Assembly (NCBI GenBank): GCA_963514005.1
Contig: OY740807.1
Location: 14,136,001-14,200,000 of the forward strand
Direction of reading: 5' to 3'
Length of the DNA: 64,000 nucleotides
Source of the DNA: Raja brachyura
Taxonomy: Eukaryota
This document shows positions 26,045-37,424 of this stretch, piece after piece. The position numbers and the translations under genes were made by a program. Each line of letters opens with the position of its first letter. Position 1 is the stretch's first letter. Under the pieces are notes generated by a model. It had not been told where the DNA came from. It worked only from the letters and a program-made list of their open reading frames with translations, and made no database searches.

Positions 26045-26890
26045 AGGGTTTGTGGACATAGATCCAGGGTCCCTTTGATCCTCCATGCCATTTCATTCAG
26101 TATACTTTTCCTTAACATCTGGTATCTTCCCAAATATTTTTTCTTACTCTTCCCTGGATTAAATTCCATTTGCTATTTTCCTTGCTAATTGAATGGAGCA
26201 TTCATATCCTTGCTGTAGGTAGTGTTCCTCAACCATATGATCTTTTTTTTTTTTGCATAATCTACTCACATCTTTCATTTGCCTCCTACTTTTAAGTTTG
26301 AATCGTTAATATTTTCCATAAAAGCAAAGAGCCAGGCATCGAGCCTTGTGGACACTTATCTTCGAGTTGCAAGAGCACCTGGTGACTGTGATCCATTCCT
26401 TCTTGCCAATGAGCCAGTTTTAAATCTAATTGGCGACTTTCTCTTGGTTCACTTGGTCTTTTATTTTGTTGACCAGCCTTCCATATAGGACTTTGTCAAA
26501 AACCTTTCTAAAGTCCATGTAGGTTTAATCAAACACAGACTCTCCCTTGATCATTCCTCAAAACATAAACAATTCCTTAACAAATCCATGCTGACTATAC
26601 CTTTTTAAAATGTGTAGGAAGAAACTGCAGATGCTGGTTTACACCGAAGACAGGCACAAAATGCTGGAGTAACTCAGCGGGACAGGCAGCATCCCTGGAT
26701 AAAAGGAATGGATGACGTTTCTGAGGGATGAAGGTCTCGACCCGAAATGTTTATACCATGCCTCAACAATGACTCCAACACTTTTACCATTGCCAAAGTT
26801 AAACTAACTAATCTGTTTACTTGGTTTATCCGTTCATCTCATTTTGAAAAGAAGGTATAATGCTTGCAGTCCTCCAAACTGCTGGCGCCA
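26045..26890 (-). mobile_element. Older decayed CR1 RT, interrupted by a Penelope-like fragment
   Basis: ggactttgtcaaaaacctttctaaagtccatgtag (reverse complement YMDFRKVFDKV), caaatccatgctgact (SQHGF). Confidence 0.7.
26608..26750. mobile_element. Penelope-like pLTR (minus) fused to a short plus-strand hammerhead piece
   Basis: actgcagatgctggtttacaccgaag...gatgacgtttc then ggtctcgacccgaaatg. Confidence 0.8.
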
Positions 26891-26919
26891 CTCCTTTGTT
26901 AAAACAATGGTAAGAAACA

Positions 26920-27015
26920 TGAGCAAAATACAAAGTGATGGAGGAACTCAATGGGTTAGGCAGCACCTGTGGAGGGAATGGACAGATGACATTTGGGTTG
27001 GGATCCTTCTTCAGA
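26920..27015 (-). mobile_element. Penelope-like pLTR fragment
   Basis: ggaggaactcaatgggttaggcagca...gacatttgggttgggatccttcttcaga. Confidence 0.75.
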
Positions 27016-27728
27016 ATCCTGCAATGTCATCCTTTAACATCTACTGAGTGATGAGATGTATCAACCTACAGTATTACTAGCTCTCAATCTGACATAGGTT
27101 TTGTTCGGAACATTGCTACAAATGGATCAGTTCTCCTTCATTAAGGAAAATAAATAAAATGGGCTTCTTTGCCCTTTTTTGTTGCCACCTGGCAATCCCT
27201 TGCTGGAAGCACAGGAGCATAGGGAGGGTCAGATGTAAATGTAAGCCTTATTTCTTTAACATCCACCATTAAAAGTGTACTTTTCCTCCCAGTATTGGCA
27301 GTGTGTCCTGTTACTGTCTCAGAACTTTCAGTAACTAACTTATTTCTATAACAGCGGCTTTGTGTTGAGTTCTGTAAGAGTGCCTCGAGTTTATATCACC
27401 ACTGAGAATTTGGACGCAAATCTGACTTGAACGAAACTTCTGGCTAAATTTTGATTGTTTATGAAAACTTTAATCAGCATTCACTGGTGTACTGGGTCCA
27501 TGATGTACAATTGAAGCACTGATTTAAATTTAAAGTGCCTCCATCTGACTGACCAGAAATAAGGCTGCTGCTTTAAGTTACATCGGAGAGGTGTCAAACA
27601 CCAACTTAAATCTGATTCCTTCAAAATTCCATTAAAAATTCAGTAGAATTTGACGTATACCATGATTATCCCACAAATGAATCCAAAAGGAAGACTTCCA
27701 TTTAAGCAGCTCCCTTAATGATATCAGG

Positions 27729-28398
27729 ATAGAAACATAGAAACATAGAAATTAGGTGCAGGAGTAGGCCATTCGGCCCTTCGAGCCTGCACCGCCATTC
27801 AATATGATCATGGCTGATCATCCAACTCAGTATCCCGTACCTGCCTTCTCTCCATACCCTCTGATCCCCTTAGCCACAAGGGCCACATCTAACTCCCTCA
27901 TAAATGTAGCCAATGAACTGGCCTCAACTACCCTCTGTGGCAGAGAGTTCCAGAGACCCACCACTCTCTGTGTGAAAAAAGTCCTTCTCATCTCGGTCCT
28001 AAAGGATTTCCCCCTTATCCTTAAGCTGTGACCCCTTGTCCTGGACCTCCCCAACATCGGGAACAATCTTCCTGCATCTAGCCTGTCCAACCCCTTAAGA
28101 ATTTTGTACGTTTCTATAAGATCCCCTCTCAATCTCCTAAATTCTAGAGCGTATAAACCGAGTCTATGCAGTCTTTGTTCATAAGACAGTCCTGACATCC
28201 CAGGAATCAGTCTGGTGAACATTCTCTGTACTCCCTCTATGGCAATAATGTCCTTCCTCAGATTTGGAGATCAGAACTGTATGCAATACTCCAGGTGTGG
28301 TCTCACCAAGACCCTATACAACTGAAGTAGAACCTCCCTGCTCCTATACTCAAATCCTTTTGCTATGAAAGCTAACATACCATTCGCTTTCTTCACCG
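27729..28398 (-). mobile_element. Young 5'-truncated CR1 LINE
   Basis: ORF 27827-28222 FTRLIPGMSGLSYEQRL..LEFRRLRGDLIETYKIL..FFTQRVVGLWNSLP; (TTTCTATG)n tail. Confidence 0.95.
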
Positions 28399-28437
28399 CT
28401 TTCTTCTTTAGGATGTCCTAAAACACATTACAATCAC

Positions 28438-29225
28438 ACAAGGTAGACAAAAATGCTGGGGAAACTCAACGGGGGAGGTAGCATCTATGGAGCGAAGGTA
28501 ATAGACAACGTTTCGGGTCGAGACCCTTCTTCAGACTGATGTGGGGCTGGGGGGGTGGGAAGAACAAAGGAAGAGGCGAGGACAGTGGGCTGTGGGAGAG
28601 CTGGGAAGGGAGGGGAAAGAAGGAGAAAGCAGGGACTACCTGAAATTGGAGAAGTCGTTCATACCGCTAGGGTGTAAACTACGCAAGCGAAATAGGAGGT
28701 GCTGCTCCTCCAATTTATGGTGGGCCTCACTCTGACCCAGGACAGAAAGGTCGGATTCGGAATGGGAGGGGGAGTTGAAGTGCTGAGCCACCGGGAGATC
28801 AGGTTGGTTATTGTGAACCGAGCGGAGGTGTTGGGCGAAGCGATCGCCAAGCCTACGCTTGCTCTCACTGATGTAGAGCAACTGACACCTAGAGCAGTGG
28901 ATGCAATAGATGAGGTTGGAGGAGGTGCAGGTGAACCCTGTGCCGCACCTGGAAAGACTGCTTGGGTCTTTGGATGGAGTCAGGGGGGGAGGTAAAGTGA
29001 CAAGTGCGGCATTTCCTGCGGTTGCAAAGGAAAGTGCCAGGAGAGGGGGTGGGAAGGGTGGGAAGGGACAAATTGGCCTGGGAGTTACGGAGGGAGGAAA
29101 GCCAAAAGGGGAGGAGATAGGAGATAGATGTGACCAGTGGTGGGATCCCGTTGGAGGTGGTGAAAATCTCGGAGGATTATTTGTTGTATGTGATGGCTGG
29201 TAGGGTGGAAGGTGAGGACAAGGGG
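28438..29225 (-). mobile_element. Penelope-like retroelement 3' end: frameshifted GIY-YIG endonuclease plus pLTR with intact hammerhead core
   Basis: PGTFLCNRRKCRTC zinc motif; LYISESKRRLGDRFAQHLRSV...VAQHFNSPSH...KLEEQHLLFRL; pLTR at 28438-28630. Confidence 0.9.
28504..28538 (-). ncRNA. Minimal type I hammerhead ribozyme motif
   Basis: Reverse complement cagt-CTGAAGA-A-GGGTC-TC-GACCC-GAAA-CG-TT-gtc: conserved core, 5-bp stem II, palindromic ACGT at stem III, weak stem I. Confidence 0.65.
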
Positions 29226-29719
29226 CAGTGTGGGATTGGTGAATTTATCCATTAAATGTATATTTTAACTCTAATCTCAACTCTCCCTGCTATATGTTTC
29301 CCAATGTTTCTCACTTTCTCTACTGAAGCTAATGATTCTCATTGGAATGGGGTTTCATTCATTCATGACTGGTTGTCGTTCAATCCAGTAGCCAGGTGTC
29401 TGCCAATTTCTGAACATTAAGTTTAAAAGCAAACAGCCTTGCTGAGCATTTCTAGAATCTTCTCTTTTTATTTCTGGACAGTGAGCATCGGTTGGTTACA
29501 CGAGAAGAGGTCATTGGAATCTATGTTGATCTGCTGAACATCGCATAGATATCCAAAGCAGCCACTTGAGCTATTTTTTGCCTCACTCAAGACCCTAGAG
29601 ACGTGCTTATTCTAACCCAGCCAAGGCTGAGGTTCACATTTTAAATCTGCCTCTTGTTGGTGTTCATTAACTCACCACAGACAAGTGCACAGGACATCAG
29701 CTCAGTTCTCGCACACTTG

Positions 29720-29955
29720 ACTGTATCAGAGGCATAGACCATCAACTCATGCACAAACATCTGAGCTGACACCTCAGCCCAGTATTGAGGGAGTGCTGCA
29801 CTGCTACTTGTGCAGTCTTTTAATGAATGTCCAACCAAGACTATAGCTGCCCTCTCAGAGAGATATTAACGATCCCACGGTGTATTTCAAAGAAGCGAAG
29901 GTAAGCTCCAGTCAACATTTATCTGTCATTCAAAGCCACTAAGTTAGATCACTAG
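29720..29955 (+). mobile_element. DeuSINE (SacSINE1-like) 5' part
   Basis: gctgacacctcagcccagtattgagggagtgctgcactg...ctgccctctcag...gatcccacgg..tatttcaaagaag. Confidence 0.7.
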
Positions 29956-29956
29956 T

Positions 29957-31187
29957 CAAAAAAACAAAGCGCTGGAGGAACTCAGTGGGTCGGGTAACAT
30001 CTGTGGAGGAATGGACTGTGGAGGAAATGGACAGTCCCTCCACAGTCGGGTCGGGATGCTTCACACTAATGCCTGGATAGAGTAGATTTGGAGAGGATGT
30101 TTCCACTAGTGGGAGATTCTAGGACAAGAGGCCATAGCCTGAGAATAAAAGAACGTTCCTTTAGGAATGAGATGAAGAGGAATTTTTTTAGTCAGAGGTG
30201 GTGAATCTGTGAAATCATTGGCACATAAGGCTGTGGAAGCCAAGTCAATGGATATATTTAAGACGGAGATAGATAGATTCTTGATCAGGGGCTATGAGGA
30301 TAAGGTGCGGGAGAATGGGGTTGAGAGGAAAAGATAGATCAGCCATGATTGAATAGCGGAGTAGTCTTGATGGGCTGAATGGCCTAAATCTGCTCCTCTC
30401 ACATGAACTTATAAACTAAATGGAGTAGGAAAGAAAGTTGCGGAAAAAAAAGGAGGGGCTGGGGCAAAGCCTAGCAAGTGATAGCTGGTTACTAGAGAGA
30501 GTATGACTGGCAGATGGATGGAATGAGTGACAAAGGCTAGAAGTGAAAAGGAGACAGAAGGAAAGAAGAGGAGGACTGAAATGTAAAATCAGTGTGTGGG
30601 ATATGGGTGAAAAGGTTCAGAGAGGAATAGAAGAGGAGGGTTTAAGTGCAATAGGGGACCCAGGGATGGAACGAGTGGGACATGAGTGTGCAGAAGAGAG
30701 GAAAGGGCCAGGGTAACTAGAGTAGTGGGAGATGGTGGGAGAAATGTATGTGCGAGGTCCGGTAAAGGCAAAGGGAAAGGAAATTGGAGAATTCAATGTT
30801 CATAGATCGGGTTGTAAACTACCGAAGAGGAATATGAGGTGCTGTTCTCCCAGTTTCCAGTGTAGCCGCTCTCTGGCAATGGGGTAGACCAAGATCGGAA
30901 AGGTCGGTATGAAAATGGGAAGGGGAGTTGAAAAGGTTTGCAACCGAGTGATCCAGCAGGCCTTGCCAGATGGAGTGCAGGTGTTCAGCAAAGCGGTCGC
31001 AAAATCTGCACTTCATTTCGCCAATGTAGAGGAGACCACATTGGGAGCACTAAATGCAGTTGATGGGGTTCGAAGAGATGCAATCATGCAAGTGAACCTC
31101 TGTCTGATGATCAGAGGCCAAGCTTTGTCCCACCACTAACTTTATTTTTCAGCTTTCTCCCACCTCCCCAACTCCATTAATCTGACA
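29957..31187 (-). mobile_element. Penelope-like element 3' end (GIY-YIG remnant plus pLTR), split by a CR1 insertion, with an inverted terminal segment
   Basis: DRFAEHLHSIWQGLLDHSVANLFNSPSH and KLGEQHLIFLFGSLQPD; 31115-31187 is an inverted copy of about 30415-30480. Confidence 0.8.
30068..30412 (+). mobile_element. CR1 LINE 3' fragment inserted in the Penelope pLTR
   Basis: ggatagagtagatttggagaggatgtttccactagtgg...gggctgaatggcctaaatctgctcct; flanked by actaatg / actaaatg. Confidence 0.85.
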
Positions 31188-31744
31188 CCTTGAATATGAT
31201 TCATGCAGCCTGCAATGCATGCCAACTAAAAATCTACTAGATCACCAAACCGCGACTCCTCAATAATCAAGGAACTGTAAATCAACGATGGGCATGGACC
31301 TCACATAATTACACAAAGAGTGACAGAAGTTCTGTAGTGCTGCATCACAACATGGTACAGTAATGTCAAATGGAATTCAGATATGTCTCATTTAAAATGC
31401 TGGCTAATTAAGCTATTGTCTAAAGCAATGCATTTCCTGTGCATTTTCTGCAGTACTTCAATGGCTGCTAAAGGAAATTCACAAGTGAATCAATTGCAGG
31501 TATAAATCACAGTGACAGTGGAATGTAGTGATGCCATTCACCAATGAGTAAGAAATAAATATGATCACATTTCAAAACTCAAACAGCAGATTCAGGACTG
31601 TGGCAAATATTTCAACATTCTGCAATCCCAACCTTGGCAGTGACCTAGTGTTACTCAATCATTTTTCCTTGGATTAAACATATGTATTCAGGAACTCTCT
31701 GAACACATTCCCATTTCTTGTTTAGAGATTACTGAAAATAGTCA

Positions 31745-32240
31745 AGCTACAAGAACACCAGAAACTGCAAAGCAAGTCTGAGGCTGGATATTCTGTGGTG
31801 AATGAGTCACTTTCTGACCCCATAAAACCGCACTAAATATTCTATCAAACTTGTGATATGCCTCGTAAGTGATGGAGATTAAGATTAATCTCCATCACTT
31901 ACGAGGCATATCACAAGTTTGACAGAATATTTAGTGCGATGCCACTGAAGAAGTGCATCAAAATGGACAAAATGGCTTGCTTGGTTGGCACCCACCTTCA
32001 ATATGGCTCATGCTTGCTGCAGTAAGGGCCATTTAAATATGTACCACAGCAACACATCATGGCTTCTTCTCTAGAGTATCTCCCAAACTCTACCACCTCA
32101 AAAGAGTAAAGGACATTGTTGGGGACACCACCATCTCTAGGTTCTCCACCAAACCATACATTATACTGACTTGGAAATAAAACACTATTCCTTAGTTGTC
32201 AGTGGGATTCAATACTGACACATTCTACCCAATAACATGG
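31745..32240 (+). mobile_element. Highly decayed non-LTR LINE, same family as 10540-11645
   Basis: gaggctggatattctgtggtgaatgagtcac...gcttggttggcacc...caccaccatctctaggttctcc...tgacttggaaa. Confidence 0.55.
31829..31938. repeat. Near-perfect inverted repeat: 54-bp arms, 2-nt spacer, 1 mismatch
   Basis: cgcactaaatattctatcaaac...gatggagattaa-ga-ttaatctccatc...gtttgacagaatatttagtgcg. Confidence 0.97.
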
Positions 32241-32589
32241 TCTTGCCAACAGCACCCACAATGCCAAAATTCATTTGCTAATAAACAAGCTTGTATAATG
32301 AGCAACCCTGCCATTGCCATGGTTTTACAGTGGCAGCTGAACATGAAACTTCCACCAATATAGCGAGATTTATTTTGAAAAAGGAGCATTTGTAAAGTGA
32401 TTTGCAGAACAGTCCAAATCTTTAAAATGTACCAGACTAAGTTGGACCCATTGGATCTCAGTCACACGGGGGCCTGGTCCCCAATGAGACCCATTCCCCA
32501 ACACAATATTCCACCACACCCATAGCCCCTAACTGCGCAGGCGTGGCTCATTTCCTCTCATCCCCAAGCACCCCCTCCCCCTCCTCATC

Positions 32590-32890
32590 ATGTGTGTGAG
32601 GGGAGGAGGGGAGATGGGAAGGGAAGTGGGGTGTGTGGCGGGGGGTTGTGGGGTGGGAGGGGAGGAGGAATGTGTGTGGACAGGGAGGTGTAGGAGGGGG
32701 GGGAGATGGTGGTGTGGGGGGAGGGGGTGTGGCGGGGATGTGTGTGGCGGAGAGGAGGTGTGTATGTGGCCGGGAGGGGCGTGGGCAGGGGCTGTGGGGG
32801 CGGGGTGGTGCAGGCGGGGGGGACGGGGGGGTGTGGGCGGGGGGTGGGGGAGGAGGATGTGGGCAGGGGGTGGGGGATTTGGGGGAGTGA
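32590..32890 (+). repeat. G-rich low-complexity tract with high G-quadruplex potential
   Basis: Dense GGG/GGGG runs separated by short T/A/C linkers. Confidence 0.85.
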
Positions 32891-33096
32891 AATCAGAGAA
32901 AAGAAGGGGAAGAGCCATGGGCGAGAGGGGGGTATCATTGCGGAGGGGAGGAGGAGCCAGCAAGGGGGACCAGAGGGATAGTGGCTGGAATTGGCGGTGC
33001 GATGGGGACGCACAGTGGGTGCTGGTCGCTGGTTGCTCTCCTCTGCCTGGATTAGAGTCCCCTTTCTGTTTGGTGACATCGGCGTCATCTCCGACT

Positions 33097-33228
33097 CTGG
33101 GCTGGGCTCGGTCTCCCATGCTGGGCTGGGCTAGGTCTCCCATGCTGGGCTGGGCTAGGTCTCCCATGCTGGGCTGGGCTAGGTCTCCCATGCTGGGCTG
33201 GGCAGGGTCTCTGAAACTGGGTTGGGTC
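33097..33228 (+). repeat. 24-bp minisatellite (ctgggctgggctaggtctcccatg), about 5.5 copies
   Basis: Units start at 33097, 33121, 33145 and 33169, with a diverged unit at 33193. Confidence 0.95.
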
Positions 33229-33700
33229 TTCGACGTTGGGCTGCTCGGCGCTAGGCTGCTTCGGGTCCCTCCGAAAATTGTGTCCGGTTGGAAACTTCCG
33301 CCAGCCAACCTCAGCTCCAGTAAAGACACGATGGCGAAGGAAGGGGCGGACCGTCCCGGTGAGTGACAGGGGAAGAATCTGGGCAGCACTGCACGGCAGG
33401 AGTAGAGATCGATCTGCGCACGAGTGGGTTTTAAGATTTTTAAAACCTCGCTAACTTTTACGACATTCAACCGATCAGAACGAAACTTGGTGCAATCACA
33501 GCAGAGGAGGACGGTGAATGAACTGGCGAAAAATCATAGCGCTATCGTGAACCGTTTTTGCGCAAATAGAGAGACCGCACAAACTGGAAGATAACAAGAT
33601 CCGAGTTTTAGTTACGTATAATAAAATAATAATAAATTAATACAAAATAATAAAATAACATAATATATAATAATAATAGATATATATATATTATATAATG

Positions 33701-33845
33701 NNNNNNNNNNNNNNNNNNNNNNNNNNNNNNNNNNNNNNNNNNNNNNNNNNNNNNNNNNNNNNNNNNNNNNNNNNNNNNNNNNNNNNNNNNNNNNNNNNNN
33801 NNNNNNNNNNNNNNNNNNNNNNNNNNNNNNNNNNNNNNNNNNNNN
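33701..33845. other. Assembly gap next to a TA-rich microsatellite
   Basis: Run of N. Confidence 1.
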
Positions 33846-34437
33846 TAGATAGATTTTTTATTTATGAATCAAACAATGTTTCAATATTATTTCATTCGAA
33901 TTATATGTTTGGTTTGGACCAGAGGAAAAATTATGCTTCAAGAAGTGTAGAAAGGATTTACATTCCTGTTGCACCTTTCGTAACTTCAGTGAATGTGGTG
34001 CATTTTGATTTACTGATTTGGCAAGTGTTTTACACAGAGAGTGGTGGGTGCATCTATATCGATTCAAATTGATTCCAGACTCAGAGAATGGGCTCATTTT
34101 GCAGTGGAAACTTGCAGACAACATTTGGGATTCAATGGAACAGAACCCTGTGCATGTACAGAACTGGCGCCTGAATAATTCCTAGCAGGCAAAAGCCAAG
34201 TAGGGTAATAGACCTCCAGTCTGGCTCACAGTTAAAATGCATTTTTTAACTACAGTTTGTTAGGTATAATGTTAATAGAATGCAAAAAAACAAAGATGCT
34301 AATGGTTTAGATGTAGCAATTATTTCTAATGTTAAAAATATTCGCAAAGAATGAAAAGTACCTGAAATCATACCACTAAAAGTTTGGTTTGATGAATAAC
34401 CAATGCATGCTTTATCTGAATGTTAATTCTTCCCAAT

Positions 34438-34565
34438 CGTTCTGAAGAAGGATCCCAACCCAAAGCATTGCCTGTCTATTCCCTCCTCTGATGCTGCCTG
34501 ACCGACTGAGTTCCTCCAGCACTTTGTTTTCTGCTCAAGATTCCAACATCTTCTGTTTCCATTGT
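34438..34565 (+). mobile_element. Penelope-like pLTR fragment, degenerate hammerhead
   Basis: ctgaagaaggatcccaacccaaagcattgcc...gatgctgcctgaccgactgagttcctccagcac. Confidence 0.8.
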
Positions 34566-35419
34566 CGCTAAAAAATACATTTTGTTGTGATTTTGATTCT
34601 GGGTATTGCTCCCTCTGTTCTAATTAAGAGTTATTTGGGTACAGTAGTATTTTGTAACCAACTGTTCAGACTCAGCAGTTTTTGTAAATTCTAAAGAGAA
34701 TAAGTTTGAAAGCGTTTGGGAAATATATTTGAAGATATATTGTTATTCTGATCCTACAGATATATTGTTAATCCTTTTAAATATCCTATATATAGAACAT
34801 TAGATTGATATCAATCCAGGAAAAATACTGAACTCTGTTATAATCAGATGGCACACAACATTTGGAAAGTAATAACTAGGCAGTAACAACAAAGATTTAT
34901 GAAAGGGAAAAAATGTTTGACAAAGCTAGATGTTTTTAAGTTTCTCACTGAGCCGTCACTTAGAGTGCAGGATGTATTCCTGGGAACCTGTATTCCTGGG
35001 AGTTCATGGAACTAGTGATAGAGCGTTATACACAGAGGGGTGTATCACCAACAGTACATTGCTGTGCCTTGCTGTGCCTTGCTGTGCCTGCAAGCTAGTG
35101 CTAGAAACCTGGCACGAACCCCTGCTCTCTCCGATGCTGCCCACTGCATTAGTCAACCCACAGCTTGCTGTGTAGATCTTTCTGGAAGAGCAGGGCAGCT
35201 GGGGGTGAGAGGTATGATCACTCAGTGCTTTGTTAATGGTTTCAGGAATACACCTTGCTGGCTAACGATGAACTAAATGACCTCTACTTCACAGTCTTTA
35301 GGAAAGAACTACAAATGCTGGAAAAATCGAAGGTAGACAAAAATGCCTGAGAAACTCTCCTTCACAGTAATAATCCAAGTTCTGAGGGTTATTAACATCC
35401 TATTGATTGTACTTGGAAC

Positions 35420-35750
35420 ATTGAACAGTACAACACAGGAACGGTCCTTCAGCCCACATGGTGTCAAGTTAAACTAATCTCATCTGCCTGCACGTGATTC
35501 ATATCCCTCCATTCCTTGCACATCCGTGTGCTTATCTAAAAGCTCCTGAAACACCATTATCATATCTGCCTCCACCACCTTCCCTGGCAGCCCGCTCCAG
35601 GCATTCACCACTCTCTATGTAAAAACTACCCCCCATAACTTTGCCCCTCTCACCTTAAAGCTATACCCTCTAGTCTTTGATGTTTCCATCCTGGGAAAAA
35701 GGTTCTAACTGTCCTATCTATGCCTCTCACAACTTTATATACTTTTATCA
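35420..35750 (-). mobile_element. CR1 LINE 3' end
   Basis: Reverse complement of the family at 11875-12200 (cctctcaccttaaagctataccctctagtc). Confidence 0.85.
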
Positions 35751-35809
35751 GATATTTCCACACTTCATTTCACACTTTTTATTAATGTATGATTTAAATT
35801 GGTAAAAAG

Positions 35810-35930
35810 AAAAGGAAAGACTTGGATTTCTATTATGTCTCTCATGATATCCCAAGGTTAATAAACAAATATTTTGAAGTATAATATTTGTTAAAATTTG
35901 AGAATCCCAGCAGCAAATCAGCACATATAT
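35810..35930 (-). mobile_element. DeuSINE-like 3' tail relic
   Basis: gaaagacttggatttctattatgtctctcatga..tcccaag (reverse complement of the gtgaaaggcgctatataaatgcaagtc-type tail). Confidence 0.45.
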
Positions 35931-36227
35931 TTTCTTTCAATAGAAGAAAATTTAATTTATAGCTGATGATTTCACCACAGCTGTTCTATCACTAGGCAGT
36001 CTCGTGAGTCAGAGGGAAAATACTATTTGTGGGTTTTCCTAGCAACGTTCTTCTCAGAGATTGAAAGCTGTTGGCACATTGTACTCCAATGTGAGGAGGC
36101 ATTTCAGCTGTAATGGTAATTTTCTGTGAATGGGATCATAGTCTGGGACTGAAAAGGGTGGTGTCTGCTTTAAAATAGTTTGTGTGTCATTAAAAAGCTG
36201 CTTAATTTTGGTGAAACCCTATTTACA

Positions 36228-36808
36228 AGTTCACATTATAGGAGTAGAATTAGGCCATTCGGCCCATCGAGTCTGCCATTCAATCATGGCTGTTGTCTGC
36301 CTCCTAATCCAATTTTCCTGCCTTCTCCCCATAACCCTTGGCACCCTCTCTAATCAAGGATTTGTCTATCTCTGCCTTAAAAATATCAACTGGCTTGGCC
36401 TCCACAGCTGTTTGTGGCAATGAGTTCCACAGATTAACTACCCTCTGAGTAAAGAAGTTCCTACTCACCTCCTTTCTAAAAGAGCACCCTTTAATTCTGA
36501 GGCTATGACCTCTGGTCTGAGACTCTCCCACCAGTGGAAACATCCTTTCCACATTCACTCTATCGATGCCTTTCATTATTCTGTAAGTTTCAATGAGATC
36601 CCCCCTCAACCTTCTAAACTCCAGCAAGTAGAGACCCAGTGCTGTCAAACACTCATCATATGCTAACCCACTCACTCCTGGAATCATTCTTGTAAACCTC
36701 CTCTGGGCCCTCTCCAGAGCAAGCACATCTTTCCTCAGATATGAGGCCCAAATCTGCTCACGGTACTCCAAAAGCGGCCAGATCGGCGCCTTAAAGAGCC
36801 TCAGCACT
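36228..36808 (-). mobile_element. 5'-truncated CR1 LINE
   Basis: ORF 36304-36807 YLRKDVLALERAQRRFTRMIPG...LEFRRLRGDLIETY...FFTQRVVNLWNSLP. Confidence 0.9.
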
Positions 36809-36812
36809 ACAG

Positions 36813-37110
36813 ATTAGAGATACAGCATTGAAACAAGCCATTTGTCCCACCAAGTCCACACCGAACATCGATCACCCATTCACACTAGTTCGATGTTAGC
36901 CACTCCCTACACATTAGGGGCAATTTTACAGCAGCCAATTAACCTACAAACCCACTCATCCAGGGGATGTGGGATAAAACTGGAGCATCCGGAAAAGCCT
37001 ATGTAGTCAGGGAAAACGTGCAAACTCCATACAGAGAACACCCGATGATAGGATCCAATCCGGGTCTCTGGCACTGTGAGGCAGCAGCTCCACCAGCTGT
37101 GCCACTGTGC
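36813..37110 (-). mobile_element. HE1-type V-SINE
   Basis: ttagagatacagc tail; ctctggcactgtgaggcagcagctccaccagctgtgccactgtgc head. Confidence 0.9.
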
Positions 37111-37424
37111 AGTCAGCACATTGAAATCTGTTGACACCCAAGCACAACGGGGAGGCTCATTCCCTTGACTTGAGTTATTTAATACATATCAAGGAGACAT
37201 AAAACTCAGAATGCTTCACGTGCAAAGGCACCTGTGTTATCATGGGGACTTTGAAGGTGTGTAACCTGGTAGTTAACAAGTTGATTTCTCTCACTTAACT
37301 CCAAATAGGTTTGGTTTTTAATGTTCTACTTTACTGCCATTAGATTCTTATAACTGTAGTAGAAAACTGAGACAGGTTATCTGCCGTCATCTTTTAACCA
37401 GGGTCTTAACACCAACCATCTTCA

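Larger units (their letters stand above)
32432..33853 (-). mobile_element. Probable non-autonomous Helitron (spans an assembly gap)
   Basis: Minus strand starts A|TCTATCTA then TA-rich sequence and ends with an imperfect hairpin (gatcca-a-tgggtc), caacttagt, CTGG|T (CTRR, AT target, no TSD). Confidence 0.6.

Noticed and set aside
33097-33228. 24-bp repeats as a possible CRISPR array
   Set aside because: Head-to-tail tandem units with no spacers, no cas genes, and a vertebrate context.
32529-33470. Long ORFs (313 aa minus, 258 aa plus, and others) with Pro/Gly-rich and repeated AQPSMGDL segments
   Set aside because: They are open on both strands because G-rich low complexity and a 24-bp minisatellite lack stops, and they lie inside a putative Helitron.
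35059-35089. (ttgctgtgcc)x3 tandem
   Set aside because: Ordinary slippage duplication with no further structure.
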